Origin: Haliotis cracherodii
Taxonomy: Eukaryota
Direction: 5' to 3'
Assembly: GCF_022045235.1 (NCBI RefSeq)
Contig: NW_027266286.1
Location: 64,666,001 to 64,730,000, forward strand
DNA length: 64,000 nt
The translations under genes and the position numbers were made by a program. Positions 48,331-62,150 of the stretch are shown here, piece by piece. Under the pieces are notes generated by a model. The model ran no database searches. It was not told where the DNA came from and worked only from the letters and a program-made list of their open reading frames with translations. Within the stretch, counting starts at the first letter, position 1. Each line of letters opens with the position of its first letter.

Positions 48331-49342
48331 CATTATTTAAAAGAAAGAATTGTATTATACATATTGGGAGTCCAGTGATCGGATATCTTCACTAGACAGC
48401 TAGACTAATGCAGCATGGTATAGAACCTCTGATCTCACGTTACATCTCACATTACATCAAGACCAGCAGCTGTGTGAAGTTCATTGTTTTCACCCTGGCT
48501 ATCCAACCTCGATCTGTTTTGGCAGCTTGACGACTGTTGTTGCGAGCTGGATATTATGAAAAGGGGTTATTCTCCATTCTTTAAAAATAATGGAGCAGAG
48601 GCCCATTATTTTTAAGGGATGGAGAGTTACGAGGATATTCCCCTACTTTAAACTCCACCCTACTTTCACACTTTGAGAAAATATCTGTTGTTGAAAATAT
48701 TTTAAAAATAAACCCGACCTGTTTGTTCACTGTATTTATACCTTGTGAATCGCCCTTGCGTGATGCACGAGGAACACGTTCTCTGCCGCTGTTGCACGTG
48801 CACCAAGCTTCGTCGCGAGATGACATTTACAATGCATGGTACACGGCTCTTCATAAGTTCGTTGGGTCCTAAACACATCATAGGGAATAATAGGACATAT
48901 AGAGCCCCGAACAAGGATATATATTACCTCTAATTGCTATAAATATGAACATTGTTGTAGGTAACCTGCTCTAACACAAAATATATACATATTATTTGGA
49001 GCTTTTAAGCATTATGCAAAATTATGAAAATATGTAAGAGTCAATTTTACACCACACCTTCATAGACCGCCGTAGCTGAGGTTGACAATTGCACGTCCTC
49101 AAATCAAACGATGCGGGATCGAAACTCGCTGCCGGCACATGAAATTAATCACTTGTCAATAAATGTAAAAAAAATAGTTCTGTCGATTCCATGTTGAAAT
49201 TACTTCATATGTTGGTTCAGGATAATGTCTAGTTGAAAAACAACTCTCCATTATTGAAAAATAATGGAGCGTTCAAACAAGAGAATGTGTTTTAATATCT
49301 CTAGTGCTATTACCAGTGGCATTGTACTGCCACTATCTTCTA

Positions 49343-49590
49343 CGGAAGCCGTCTAGGACCTTTTTTTTATTTTTTTCTTGAAATTTTAGCTAATCTATCT
49401 TGAAATTGAATACTAACTTGATATTCAAGATGTTATGTAGAAATTTCAAAACACATACTAAGTTGAAACTTCAAGATAATGATCTTACAATTTCAACTTA
49501 CGTATCACGACATTTCCACATAGCATCTTAAAATTTCTCAACTTAGCATCTTGAAACTCCAACACAGCATCTTGAAATTTCATCTTACCG
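49343..49590. mobile_element. MITE-like element with ~20-bp internal subrepeats (TCTTGAAATTTCAACTTA); relative at 50650-50842
   Basis: Both copies start TAC..AAGCC.T..AGG.CC and carry the same subrepeat in both orientations; second copy has AAGGGCCATT...AATGACCCTT ends. Confidence 0.55.
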
Positions 49591-51366
49591 TGTTTCAATG
49601 GAATGCTGGTATTATCGTGCTAAAAGCTATTTAATGTTTAAGAAGTTGTAAAATACGCAAATTTTAATGTAACTTATTATTTGTATGATTTATTAGGTAC
49701 AAATTCACGTTGTTTCTATAAAATGTATAATAAAGAAAAATCTTTCTTTCTGAAACGGGTGACGAACGAAACTGTCTTGAAGTTCACTGTAAATCACGTG
49801 TGCATTTGATATGAGGCCATGCTGCCACACAAGCCCAATCCTACAGATCGGCAAATCCTGACATCACATTTCCAGCCGGCTGCCTGATTCTACCAGACAT
49901 CGTTGTGGTTTAATCATTGCTGACAATCACCTTCACTGATCAGTCAAGTCTCCGCTACCCCTGCCCCAGGCAATGGCAGTCTCCAAGGAGTCGAGTTATC
50001 GGTGACGAACCTCACCGCGCCAGCCGTGGACAGATGTGTGAGGGAAGGGACATAACTCCTGCTGGCTTCGTGCATTGTTTCACCTGACTGTCGACATAGG
50101 GAGTCCACACACACACCTTGTGTGACGAGCTGTGATTGACTGTCAGCTGTGGGGACAGATGTGGGACGGGACGTGATTTGGGGGATCTGCCTCACCTAGG
50201 ACAACAGGTTAATGGGGCGGAAGACAAGAGTAGAACTTGTTATTGTTAACGATCTCGTCTAATTCACCATTTTCCTGTGAGGGAAGTCATGTTTAGACTA
50301 AGAGATTATTTATACATGTGTGTTCATTTCAACGAAAATTATTTTATTCTAATAGATGATAAACTATATGGCTGTCTGTGATCCGGTTTGAGTAAACAGG
50401 TGAAATCACAAAATATCGACAGCTCGACCATCCCTTGTCCCACAAAACACGCCGTACGTGTACTGTAGTGCCGTTCCATAGTTCAACAATATATTATTCA
50501 AATGAATTTCTCAAAACGTTGGCACGTTTTAATTCGATTTTAATCAGCTGAATGTAACATTGCACTGTTTTTTTAAGCATAGACGGTCACACGATTTTCA
50601 AACGCAGTATTTCTACGCCAAACAATATGAGTGTGATTAACGTGGAATGTACACGAAAGCCTTTAAGGGCCATTGTTTTTATTGAAATTAAAAGATAATA
50701 ATTTGAAATTTTAAGATTATAACTTGAAATTTTAACTGAGTGTCTTGAAATTTCAACTTAGAATCTTGAAATTTCTACTTAGTTTCTTGAAACTCAGTAT
50801 CTTGAAATTTTAAGAAAAAAATGAAAAAACAAATGACCCTTCAGAAAATATATCCTTTTTAATATATTCATATCTTGGGTCATAACAAATATTGGCTTAC
50901 GATCGTGGAGACGACATTAGATGAGATGAGATGAGTTTGTTTTACAGATTAACTTATGTAGATATAATTACTTTAAATTTTGGTGAGCAAAGGAAGAGGT
51001 CGGAGTTGGCCTTCCTTTTACATTCAGTGTTGTAATATAAGTCCAAAACATGCGCGTGCTGAAATAAACGATGTCTTGATATCATTAATTTTAAGACATT
51101 TCATAACTTCCATAACTGTTTATTAATGTTCATTAAAATTATCTTCAATTATGCAGATGCTGTTGGCAATGAGACCCGTATCATGTCCTTCAAAAAGTGA
51201 TCGATAAGATTTGCGGAATATCATTATGAGACATAGTGTAAAAACTTAAAAAAACAGGCTAGGTTCGAATAACCTGGCTATTTTTTTTAAATAGAAATAA
51301 CGTCATGTTTCCTCATTTCACAAAACTACAATTAATTTGCAATTAAGGGAGAGAAAAAAAAGTAAT

Positions 51367-51438
51367 CTCCCCGGCCGGGAATTGAACCCGGGTCTCCCGC
51401 GTGACAGGCGGGGATACTGACCACTATACTACCGAGGA
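51367..51438 (-). tRNA. tRNA-Asp(GTC)
   Basis: TCCTCGGTAGTATAGTGGTCAGTATCCCCGCCTGTCACGCGGGAGACCCGGGTTCAATTCCCGGCCGGGGAG: intact 72-nt cloverleaf with a T8 Pol III terminator at 51354-51361. Confidence 0.97.
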
Positions 51439-51715
51439 TCTGTTGTTATGAGATGAAATTCTAATATTTAGGCAGATTAATATATTAGAGCGTGAGTAAA
51501 TATGAAGCAGGTTGTTTCGTTGATTGAATGAAAAACAAATTTATGCATACGAGTTAATAAACGTAACATGTCTACAATCTACGGTACTTCAACGCTACCA
51601 TATTGCGAAGGCAGTGTCGTAAACTCCATGCAGGGGTAATAGCTGTAATACTTTGCCTAAGGGCCGCATGGTTGCATGTGGTGGCGTGGAGCTTGGATCC
51701 TCATTGTCGCATTCG

Positions 51716-51799
51716 TAGACTGGTTCGCCTGCCCTTAGAGCGCTTGCGCTCATCGACGCACTACTTTGTGCAGTAACAAGGACAGGGTACCAGTCTAAC
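51716..51799. mobile_element. 84-bp palindromic mini-element with 8-bp flanking direct repeat CGCATTCG
   Basis: TAGACTGGTTCGCCTGCCCTT ... AAGGACAGGGTACCAGTCTA inverted ends; direct repeat at 51708-51715 and 51800-51807. Confidence 0.7.
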
Positions 51800-53067
51800 C
51801 GCATTCGCCCCTTTCCGTAAACAAGTCGGCTCTGTTTTTCGGCCAACCTCGCCCCTTTTCCGTAACCGCAAACAAGACTTCACGATATGTGCAGGCGAAT
51901 CTTTATGTTTCTTGAAAATATACAAAGAATATGAACGTATCTTTCAAGCTAGTATTATATTGTTAAAGTTAACTGGATTACTGCCGTCGTACCCAATACT
52001 GTTAAAATATTTAGTGAAACATATTGTCAACGATATGATCATTAGACAGTTTTCCAGGTCAATCCGCATATTTAAAACAAATCTGCACTCCTAAAATATG
52101 AGTGATATGTTCTCTTGTTCTTCTCCGTAGAGTGTACATGTCATTATCAATTAACTGCAGTTTATCCTTTTTTTGATTGGGCTACAAGAGTAGAGAGAGC
52201 CAGTGTTTTAATAACTGTACTTGTTCCAATGACCGATAGATTTTTCTTTCTCCAACTATATTTATATTTTTTAAATTCTCATGATTTTATTTGATTAGAA
52301 TGGCGAAAAAATGTTGTAAGTTTGGTTACAATTAAAATTGCTACATCAAATACGTACAATATTTTTTTTTTATTATTTATTTTTCAACTTGATAATGCTC
52401 TATTATTATTTTTCTGGTGTTAATCGCCCACGATTACTTAAGATACGCATTAATCTTTGTCCCTAATGATTCGAATTCTCAACATACCATTCTAACTTTA
52501 AGTCTTCACATTGTTTACTTTGACACACTGCCTTGGAACCGATCCATGGGTATGGTCTTGTCTACATTCATCTTAAAACCTGGCATTCCAAAGAATTTAT
52601 TTAAAACATCTGTAGAGGCACAGTGCCGTCTAAAATACCTCTGTATCACAACCGATTTGTCCATATTTGCATTCAACATCATGTAGAATACAAAAAATAA
52701 TTATTTTATAGGCGTTGAATATTATATATTTCATGTAAACGCGCTCGAAATAAGGACAGGCATTCCGTCCAAACCTGGTTGGTTAGTTTGGTGATTTGTT
52801 TTCCTTAAAAAGTACACGTCATGTGTGCATTACGAACATTTTAACAAGTACGTCATCTTCATGTTTAGATCTAGTGGATGCCAAATACATGGCGATACTC
52901 AAATATATTGTGAACATTGAGAATACAAATAATACTCATAAAAGGTTAAACAGTTAAAGAACATATGATTCTTTCATACTACTATAGTGTTAGTCTGTCA
53001 TGTCAAACAGATTAACTATAGTTACGGGAAATAATCGGGTGTTCTTTACCTTCTTTGCCTAGTATAA

Positions 53068-54805
53068 GTCTGAATAAAATTATCAAATGTGACATTTGTG
53101 ATATATATAGTGTATATCGTGTATACGTCTGAATAAAATTATCAAATGTGACATTTGTGATATATAGTGTATATTGTGCAGAGAAGTATACGTCTGAATA
53201 AAATCATCGAATGTGACATTTGTGATATATAGTGTATATCGTGCAGAGAAGTATACGTCTGAATAAAATCATCAAATGTGACATTTGTGATATATAGTGT
53301 ATATCGCGCAGAGAAATAATAAACTCATCAAATGTGACATTTGTGATATATATAGTGTATATCGTGCAGAGAAGTATGCGTCTGAATAAAATCATCAAAT
53401 GTGACATTTGTGATATATAGCATATATCGTGCAGAGAAGTATAGGTCTGAATAAAATCATCAAATGTGACATTTGTGATATATAGCGTATATCGTGCAGA
53501 GAAGTATACGTCTGAATAAAATCATCAAATGTGACATTTGTGATATAAAGTGTATATCGTGCAGAGAAATATACGTCTGAATAAAATCATCAAATGTGAC
53601 ATTTGTGATATATAGCGTATATCGTGCAGAGAAGTATACGTCTGAATAAAATTATCAAATGTGACATTTGTGATATATAGTGTATATCGTGCAGAGAAGT
53701 ATACGTCTGAATAAAATTATCAAATGTGACATTTGTGATATACAGCGTATATCGTGCAGAAAAGTATACGTCTGAATAAAATCATCAAATGTGACATTTG
53801 TGATATATAGCGTATATCGTGCAGAGCATATATACGTCTGAATAAAATTATCAAATGTGACATTTGTGATGTATAGTGTATATCGTGCAGAGAAATATAC
53901 GTCTTAATAAAATTATCAAATGTGACATTTGTGATATATAGTGTATATCGTGCAGAGAAAGATACGTCTGAATATGATCATCAAATGTGACATTTGTGAT
54001 ATATAGCGTATATCGAGCAGGAAGAATACGTCTGAATAAAATTATCAAATGTGACATTTGTGATATATAGTGTATATCGTGCAGAGAAAGATACGTCTGA
54101 ATATAATCATCAAATGTGACATTTGTGATATATAGCGTATATCGTGCAGGAAGTATACGTCTGAATAAAATTATCAAATGTGACATTTGTGATATATAGC
54201 GTATATCGTGCAGAGAAATAATAAACTCATCAAATGTGACATTTGTGATATATAGTGTATATCGTGCAGGAAGTATACGTCTGAATAAAATCATCAAATG
54301 TGACATTTGTGATATATAGTGTATATCGTGCAGAGAAGTATACGTCTGAATATAATCATCAAATGTGACATTTGTGATATATAGTGTATATTGTGCAGAG
54401 AAGCATACGTCTGAATAAAATCATCAAATGTGACATTTGTGATATATAGTGTATATCGTACAGAAAAATAATAACCTAATCAAATGTGACATTTGTGATT
54501 TATATAGTATATCGTGCAGGAAGTATACGTCTGAATAAAATTATCAAATGTTACATTTGTGATATATAGTGTATATCGTGCAGAGAAATATACGTCTTAA
54601 TAAAATTATCAAATGTGACATTTGTGATATATAGCGTATATCGTGCAGAGAAATAATAAACTCATCAAATGTGACATTTGTGATATATAGTGTATATCGT
54701 GCAGGAAGTATACGTCTGAATAAAATTATCAAATGTGACATTTGTGATATATAGTGTATATCGTGTAGAGAAAGATACGTCTGAATATGATCATCAAATG
54801 TGACT
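53068..54805. repeat. 65-bp satellite, ~28 units, with 56- and 64-bp variants
   Basis: Unit CGTCTGAATAAAATCATCAAATGTGACATTTGTGATATATAGTGTATATCGTGCAGAGAAGTATA. Confidence 0.97.
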
Positions 54806-55133
54806 GTTTACTCTCAAGGCCAAGGACTGAGGGAGGCAGACAATATTACAATAATAAACCTATGAAATTGATTTTACTGCACTTAAAATACAAGTTGTGT
54901 ATTTTCATGATTTGAGTGCAGTTCTGAAATGTGTATTTTAAGGGCAAAAGGGCATGAATTTTATAAGTACAAGTTATATGGTATAAGTTCAAGTCATCAT
55001 TTAATTGCCAAACTTTTATGGCTGCTTTTTATCCCTTTATCCGGTAGATGTCGTTACAAACAACTATTAAGAAGTTGTTATCTAGAAAATATTCATGTTG
55101 TCATTTTCTTTCAACTTTTAATTGTTAATCGAA

Positions 55134-55287
55134 GCTGACTTGTCATAGATCCCAATTACGTGGATCGATGGATCGATGATCATGATGTCAATCACTGGAT
55201 TGTCTGGTCCAGACTCGATTATTTTACAGACCGCCGTCATATAGTTGGATTATTGCTGAGTGCGGCGTTAAACAACAAACAAACAAC
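55134..55287 (+). mobile_element. 5'-truncated SINE family B
   Basis: 3' half match and (CAAA)n tail. Confidence 0.88.
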
Positions 55288-55790
55288 TTAATTTTGAATG
55301 ATTGCCATTTTCGTGCGTTATTTTATTAACGGTTCGCATACCACATGTCCACAGTGGAGTAGCCTCCCTTATACTGCCCCAATTTATCTTGCGTACGTGC
55401 GGGGCCGCATGTGTCATTTCATATAATGAGGTTCTGAGTGGAGTCGTCTGGCTCTCCCTTTAGCCTCTCTAAGGGGAATAGCAACGAGAGTAGACATCAT
55501 GCTGTTGATCCAGATAGGCTATACACATAGTACATTATGATATATCGAACGAGACAGAACATCACTGTTGGTACCGAGCGGGATGTTTTGCTTTCCTCGA
55601 TGTTTTGCTGTAAAAAGGGCTAAGTCCAAATTCCGTTTATGTTTCCTTTCCTACTTACCTTATGTTATATGGTAGTATTTATTTGATTTTGGAAAACAAA
55701 TCCAAATGTTTAGTTTAATAATGTAATAATGTAGCTGCCGCGTCTTAAACATGTTATTCCAAGCGCCCCCCGAATAAACATAAATTCAGA

Positions 55791-55852
55791 ATTTACATAA
55801 AGGCGACGCAGCGCAAAGACTATTTACATAAAGGCGACGCAGCGCTAAGACT
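55791..55852. repeat. 31-bp tandem duplication
   Basis: ATTTACATAAAGGCGACGCAGCGC(A/T)AAGACT x2. Confidence 0.9.
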
Positions 55853-56010
55853 ATCCAGACCCCGTCAATTTAGAGAGAATGAGTTAAAAAATAACGTTGC
55901 ATCGGGTATATTTCAGCTATATCAAGATTGTGAACACGTCAACGAAGGGCAGTTAGGTGAGGTAATTAATATAGCGACGTGCATGCACATGTGTGTGTGT
56001 CTGTGTGTGT

Positions 56011-56041
<31 letters not shown>

Positions 56042-56455
56042 GGGGTCCCTGACCATAACCATAGAGAATAAATTAATATTGTATCTATCTCAAGTCTAGA
56101 ATTATTTGGCAAGTCTAGATTGCCTCAGAGCTTTCTTGCTCTTAATAACAAGTGAAGACGATAGATAAAGCTTGGATATTGAACAATGCTTCAGGCTGTC
56201 TTTTACAGGTTAGTTCACAGGTAATATCTGACGCCCAGCATACTTGACTGCTGTTATCATTAAATAATACTGATTTTCGTCATGAACACTTATAGCGTCT
56301 CTTCTTGAGGTCTGGGTTCATAATTGCTTCCCTTTCACGAAACTCATGTAAACTTGAAGACGTATTTTTCACAATGAAACGAGACGATTCAAAGCAATAT
56401 CTGTTGTGTCACTTCAGTACCACATTTTATGTATGTGTTGTGCATTCACGAGTTA

Positions 56456-56630
56456 CAGTAAACTACGGTTATAACGAACTCAAGGGGACTACTAATTTTA
56501 GTTCGTTATAACCGTAATTCGTTATAAGCATATATACAGCATAACTACAGCAAATAGTCGGGACTAAAAAGTTAGTTCGTTATATCCGTCAGTTCGTTAT
56601 AAGCGTGTTCGTTATAACCGTAGTTTACTG
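56456..56630. mobile_element. 175-bp pogo/Tigger-type MITE
   Basis: Perfect 24-bp TIR CAGTAAACTACGGTTATAACGAAC; TA on the left side; internal TTCGTTATA subterminal repeats. Confidence 0.9.
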
Positions 56631-57090
56631 AGACTTCGAGAACTTTCTCAAACTGGAGTCAAATTTTCTTTAAGTCAAGTAGACTCCTCCTGTTTGAAGA
56701 CAACCCGGAAACATCCCCACGTATGATGCAAATGCACCTTTTAGATTTGAGAGAAATATTCAATGATTTAGATCTTCGTATACGTAGGTGTTTAAGTTAG
56801 ATCATTGTGGACTCGCCATAAGCTTCTGAAACATTGATGCGAAATTTGACTTAAACCAAATACACTAAACTCGGACACAGTATATTGACTCTTTTAACGT
56901 CGAACCACCTATCTTCCTCTCCCCTGGGAGACACTCGTTATCCCTAGACCAAGGAGAGTAAGGACGGTGAAACAGAAATATGAACGGCAGGGTTTTGTTA
57001 GATTGCTACCCCAACTAATCATACACTGATTAATGGAAACATATGTATATATTTTGGCAACACGTCATTCCAAGGCATTAGTAACCACTC

Positions 57091-57272
57091 GGTTCAATCC
57101 CCGGCCGCGTCATACTTAAAGACGTTGAAAGATGGTACTTGCTGTTGACCTGCCTGGTGCTCGGCATTAAGGGGATAAAACAAGGACTGGTCGGCTCGGA
57201 GTCAGTGTCCTTAGTGGGGTATTCATGTATCTCAGTGGGCTAGCACTAAAATTGGCATCAGTCCGGACTAGT

Positions 57273-57306
<34 letters not shown>

Positions 57307-57414
57307 GCACGCACGCACGCACGCACGCGCACGCACACACACACATACACGTCGCTAAATAAGTGAAATAATCTTGGACACGACGTTAAAGCCTATTTCA
57401 TCTCAGCTCACCTC
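57091..57414 (+). mobile_element. SINE family C, from the B box to the tail
   Basis: Matches 62614-62964. Confidence 0.85.
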
Positions 57415-57481
57415 CTATCCTACATCTGGCACTTGGGCGTCGAGGTTTGACGGTCCACAGTAACATATATTAATATATTAT

Positions 57482-57820
57482 GCTGGTCGTAAGAGGCGGT
57501 CAGGCTCGGTGACCTGGTTGACGACGTGTCATCATACCCCGACGGCGTGGATTGTTGCTCACAATATCGATCACTGGATTGCCTGGCCCAGACTCGATTA
57601 TGTCCAGGCCGGATTCATAGAGACTGTAATTTTTTTTATCAGATCCTATACACAAAAATAAGCGCGTAACTTGTCCCATCAGTTTTTATGCGTATTGGGT
57701 CTAAATGTGGGAAAGACCCGTTGGGTCTAAACATGTCTGGTATGTGTTTACATTCTAGACACACGTTTTACAGTGTAGCGGAAAAATTGCTTAGTGGCCA
57801 TAAACAACAAACAAAAAACA
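57482..57820 (+). mobile_element. Degenerate SINE family B split by a ~154-bp insert (57622-57775) with ACTGTAA/TTACAGT ends
   Basis: SINE sequence breaks at CATAG and resumes at TAGCGGAAAAATTGCT. Confidence 0.7.
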
Positions 57821-59334
57821 TCTGGCACCTCTAATGAATGGTTCGTCCTGCTGAAAATGACCCCACAGTCTGTGGTGTCAACGCAATGACCTCAACCAAC
57901 TCTTGTTTCAGTTTGAAGAATTTGAGAGCGACATTCTTACACAATTTAGGTCAATAAATGATCAGTTCCATTAAATCAATACTGGTCTAAAAATGTGTTC
58001 CAAGCATTCTTTAAATGAATAGTTCTTTGAGGAATTCTAACGATACAACGGCTTTCGCGGGTCCTTCCCCTGTTAGGCCGTCAGATGGCGTTCTGATATT
58101 AAGAGGGGCGTCGATAAAACATCATGGCCAGGAATACATATGACAAGAAAGCTTTCATAATTGTAGATTTATTGTTTGAATTAGTGTAGACCTCTGCTGA
58201 CTTGATTCTCGTCGCGGGATCGATTTGTCACGTGACTATGACTCATGCGAACCGTTTCTGGTGGTAACGTCATTGGTTGCCCAGCAACAGAAATGGAAAA
58301 CCAACTCGGGCGCCCTGACAGCATGTCAATATTTTCCTCATCTGCAACTAAAACGTAGTCAAATATGAATGCGGAAAATGTATTTGTTTTCTTAGTGAAT
58401 TCTGAAAAAGACTGACCCTAGATCTATAAAAAATTATACATGTACACGTCGTTGGCAGCAAACACATTGAGGAGGAAATTGTCACACCATGTTTTTTATG
58501 CAAGAGACAACACGTTCCACGTGTTAACCCAGCATAGTTACGACACAATTAATGGGGAGACGAGAATTATCAAACATCCGGTATTTTTTAATCACTTTTA
58601 TCATTTCTTTTTGACCTGCCATTTTATAATTACGTCATTTTAACAGAAATATCCATTTTGTCATAACAACTCGCCCTCGTGAATAAATCAAATTGCAATC
58701 CTTGATTATTGACGCCAGGACCTAGATTCTCGATGTGTTGCTTGATTAAAGAAGATAGCATCGTCTCCCTCCTCATCATCAGCATCATCGTCGTCGTCGT
58801 CGTCGTTTTTATGCTTTAAGATCGCTCACTACGTTACATTACAAACAATACACAAATCATGTCGGCAGTTTATATTCCCAAGTTTAGATATTGACGTAGA
58901 GTTTTAATATTATATCTTTTGTTTCCTCTCTACTATCTGTTGTAATTTATAGAAATTGTCCCGAAGATGAAAATTGCCATTAACGTTTCTTGCTGCATCA
59001 CATGCGTACAAAACCGTAAAGATATGCATCTCCAATAGAGGCGTTACACAGCTGCACGTGTAAATATTCTCTCTGATCACAGCAATATTATCCACCGCCA
59101 TGTGTGACTGACATGATGGATGGTATGTTATTTCTGTAATAAAGGGACAAATACATTTAAACTTGAGTTTCCAAACTTTTCCTGGTGATATTTATAACAG
59201 CTGACAGGTTCTACTAGATAAGGCAGTTATAAAAAGCCTGACTGGGATTAAGTACAATACAAGTGTTATGACAGGTTTATTGACGAACACCTAAGAACGG
59301 CATGCATCGTGATTTACAACAGGTTCGCCATCGT

Positions 59335-59495
59335 TGTGGCGGGAGGGTAGCCTTGTGGTTCAAACGTTCGCTATTATCGCATAAGGTCTGGGTTCGAGGC
59401 CACACATGGCCAGGGTGTGTGAAACTCATTTCTGATGTCACCCGCCTGTGATATTGTTGGAACAAGTGTAAATGTGGCGTAAAACACAAATCATA
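59335..59495 (+). mobile_element. Degenerate SINE family A
   Basis: Diverged end-to-end match. Confidence 0.7.
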
Positions 59496-60126
59496 AACAA
59501 GTTTCATCCGAGGACATCATTCTGTAACGCATGTGACAATTTAGAGTTACCTCCCTTCGTCCATACATCGATGACTTGTCGTACGACTCCGGTAATGTCA
59601 CAGCGTCACAGCAACACACAGATGGGCGGTGTTCAGTGAATGGACGCGATTCGTCGAACAAACATACCTTTGTTTGTCCAACCCTCCGAATTATGCCGTG
59701 TTGTTGTCACGACAGCGGTAATAGTAGCTAACCCCAAACAGGAAGGCATTTTCTGAATAATAATGCTGACATCATTTAAACAAAATTTAAATGGTTGAGA
59801 TTTACATTACAATCGGTCATCATGTTTCTGTTTCTATTTAATGACTATTTCTCTGAATCGCAGGAGTCAACTGATGTTTCATGAGCATAATTCCATGTGT
59901 TGCCATGACGATATCTTATTCTTCACATAAATTTATGATGTGGTCGGCTAAATAATTCGTTCAATACCAGCTTCAAGCGGGACTTTCTGTAGAGATACAT
60001 AACCCCATTAGCTACATTTATTCCTGATATTGAAGTCGTATTGATTCAGTAGATATCCATCGTTAATATAACGGCGTATTTATGTTGTAAACGTTCCAAG
60101 GCCTGCGATCATCGAATACTATTTGT

Positions 60127-60760
60127 ATACTCTCCAAAAAGGTAGAGGATCATGAACTATTAATGTAGTGACAGGTCGTCGGAAGAAAGAGTGGCTTTGA
60201 AAAATGGCTGCAACAGAACCAAAACAAAACCTCACGCACCAACACAACCGAAACATGACACGTTGGCGATGCACTTCCTACATTGGGAGGGAGTCATTCT
60301 TGATTTTGACACTTCAATGAAATGTCGTCAAATAGCTCGGAGCCTTTTTACGAGTAATGATTTTTTTCATTATCCTAAGTAACATGTAAGCTCTCTAATC
60401 TCCCTTTAATGCAGTATTTGTGATCAGATTGTGAATGCATCGTCTACGTGATGAACGCCTAATGGATATTTGCGTGCTTCATATGTTCACTGTGTCTCAG
60501 TCTGTGATTTGCAGACTTTGGAGCAGGTTTCTGCTGACCCAGAATCTGATCGGCTCTGCACAGCGCCCCCTAGGTCAACAACACCAGGATCGATTAATCG
60601 GAAATCAGGCTTTATGAAATCCAACCCAAGCAGTCAATCCTGTCGCTGTACACTGGCGCTGGGCCACCAGAGTGCAGGTTACTGACCAGATAATTTGAAA
60701 TCGTCTGCATGCTCGGCGACCACTTGTTGTACCAGCATTAACAAATCGACACATTCTCGC
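60127..60760 (+). mobile_element. Tc1-family transposon remnant (left end and paired-like HTH region)
   Basis: Broken frames VSQSVICRLWSRF, PRSTTP, QDRLI, NRLHARRPLVVPALT.RH. Confidence 0.7.
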
Positions 60761-60946
60761 CGTTTTGCGGAATTGCAAAGCAAATTCGTGAACAGCTTAA
60801 ATTATTTGCTTTAACAACACTTTGCGGAGCACAGGGAATGGTTAGATTATACACAGTCGTTGATCAGTTGATTTGCATCGTCACTCGATCTGAGGTATAG
60901 GTGTCCACCTCTCCTTCTACTGTTCTTCGACTGTCTACTGGTGACT

Positions 60947-61147
60947 ATGCTTGTCGTGAGAGGAGACTAACAGGATCGGGTGGTCAGGCTCGCTGACTTG
61001 GTTAACGCATGTCATCGTATCCCAATTGCGTGGATCGATGCTCATGATGTCAATCATTGGATTGTCTGGTCCACACTTGATTATCTACAGACCGACGTCA
61101 TATAGCTGGAATATTGCTGAGTGCGGCGTTACACAACAAACAAAACC
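60947..61147 (+). mobile_element. SINE family B
   Basis: Close match to family B. Confidence 0.9.
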
Positions 61148-61275
61148 TATTAAGTTGACTTCGCGGTGTCCGTGGAAAGTCAGTCAGAGTGTGTTTAATA
61201 CCCGAATTCACGCAGTCATGAATTGGTCTCTCGTTGGATTTCTCGATTTCACATACCAAACACAAAGGTTAAGAT

Positions 61276-61440
61276 GAGTGAATAAGTGTTGGTTTACGCC
61301 GCTTTGAGCATTATTCATGCATTTTCACGGCGGGGGACACCAGAAATGGGCTTCACACATTGTACACATGTGAGGAATCGAACCCGGGTCTTCGGCGTGA
61401 CGAGCCAACGCTTTAACCACTAGGCTACCCCGCCGCCTGT
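61276..61440 (-). mobile_element. SINE family A with TSD GGTTAAGAT
   Basis: TSD at 61267-61275 and 61441-61449. Confidence 0.92.
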
Positions 61441-61559
61441 GGTTAAGATTAACGCTCTGCCAATTCGACATCTAATTGTTGGAATGGCTAGAGCTGGAAC
61501 AACATCAGTCGACATTTCAACGACAGTGTGAGAACAGCCCAAAGATATGAAACAATCCT

Positions 61560-62150
61560 TTACAAATGACAATATTCGGTCACTCCCAAAAAGCGCCAAG
61601 ACCGTCCTAAAAAGACCACAGTGAGCGATGCTCGTGCGTTGTACCGTCTTACAAGACGCAACGGACGTTTATCAGGATTTCCACTGACGAACAGATGAGG
61701 AATTTATATTAACTATACAAACAGTGAATCGCAGTTGGATTGCGAGGGAATCTGGGGTAAAACGCCCTGTCCGTCAACCGTTTTTGACGATTTAACATAC
61801 ACTTTTTTAGGTCACCGGAATGGAGACTAAAACAATGGCGTCACGTCATCTTTTCAGATGAATCACGTGGCCTGCTCCACAGGGTACGCCGAGTGACTGA
61901 TGTTCAATGATGGTTGTGATGGAGGTCATGTCACAGAGGCAGTGTCGCGTCACGGATGTGTAGTTGTTTTGGGCGGTACCCATTATAAAGGCAAAGCAGT
62001 ACTTTTAGTACTCAAGCACAACGTCAATTAGCGGTCGTATACAGACGTGTTTGGGGGACACCTGTCTACCACATGCTGACGGGGTGTGTGGTAACCACTT
62101 CATTCACAGGACGACAATGTTCGACCCCAAGAGCCAGGACTAGCCTTGCT
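61560..62150 (+). mobile_element. Tc1-family transposase remnant (DDE domain)
   Basis: RPKKTT, QWRHVIFSDESR and QDDNVRP motifs in broken frames. Confidence 0.8.

Noticed and set aside
50020-50170. Cluster of four E-boxes (CAGATG x2, CACCTG, CAGCTG)
   Set aside because: Not distinguishable from chance without conservation data
53204-54741. ORFs in the 65-bp array; possible CRISPR array
   Set aside because: Satellite translations; the inter-palindrome segments are homologous, not unique spacers
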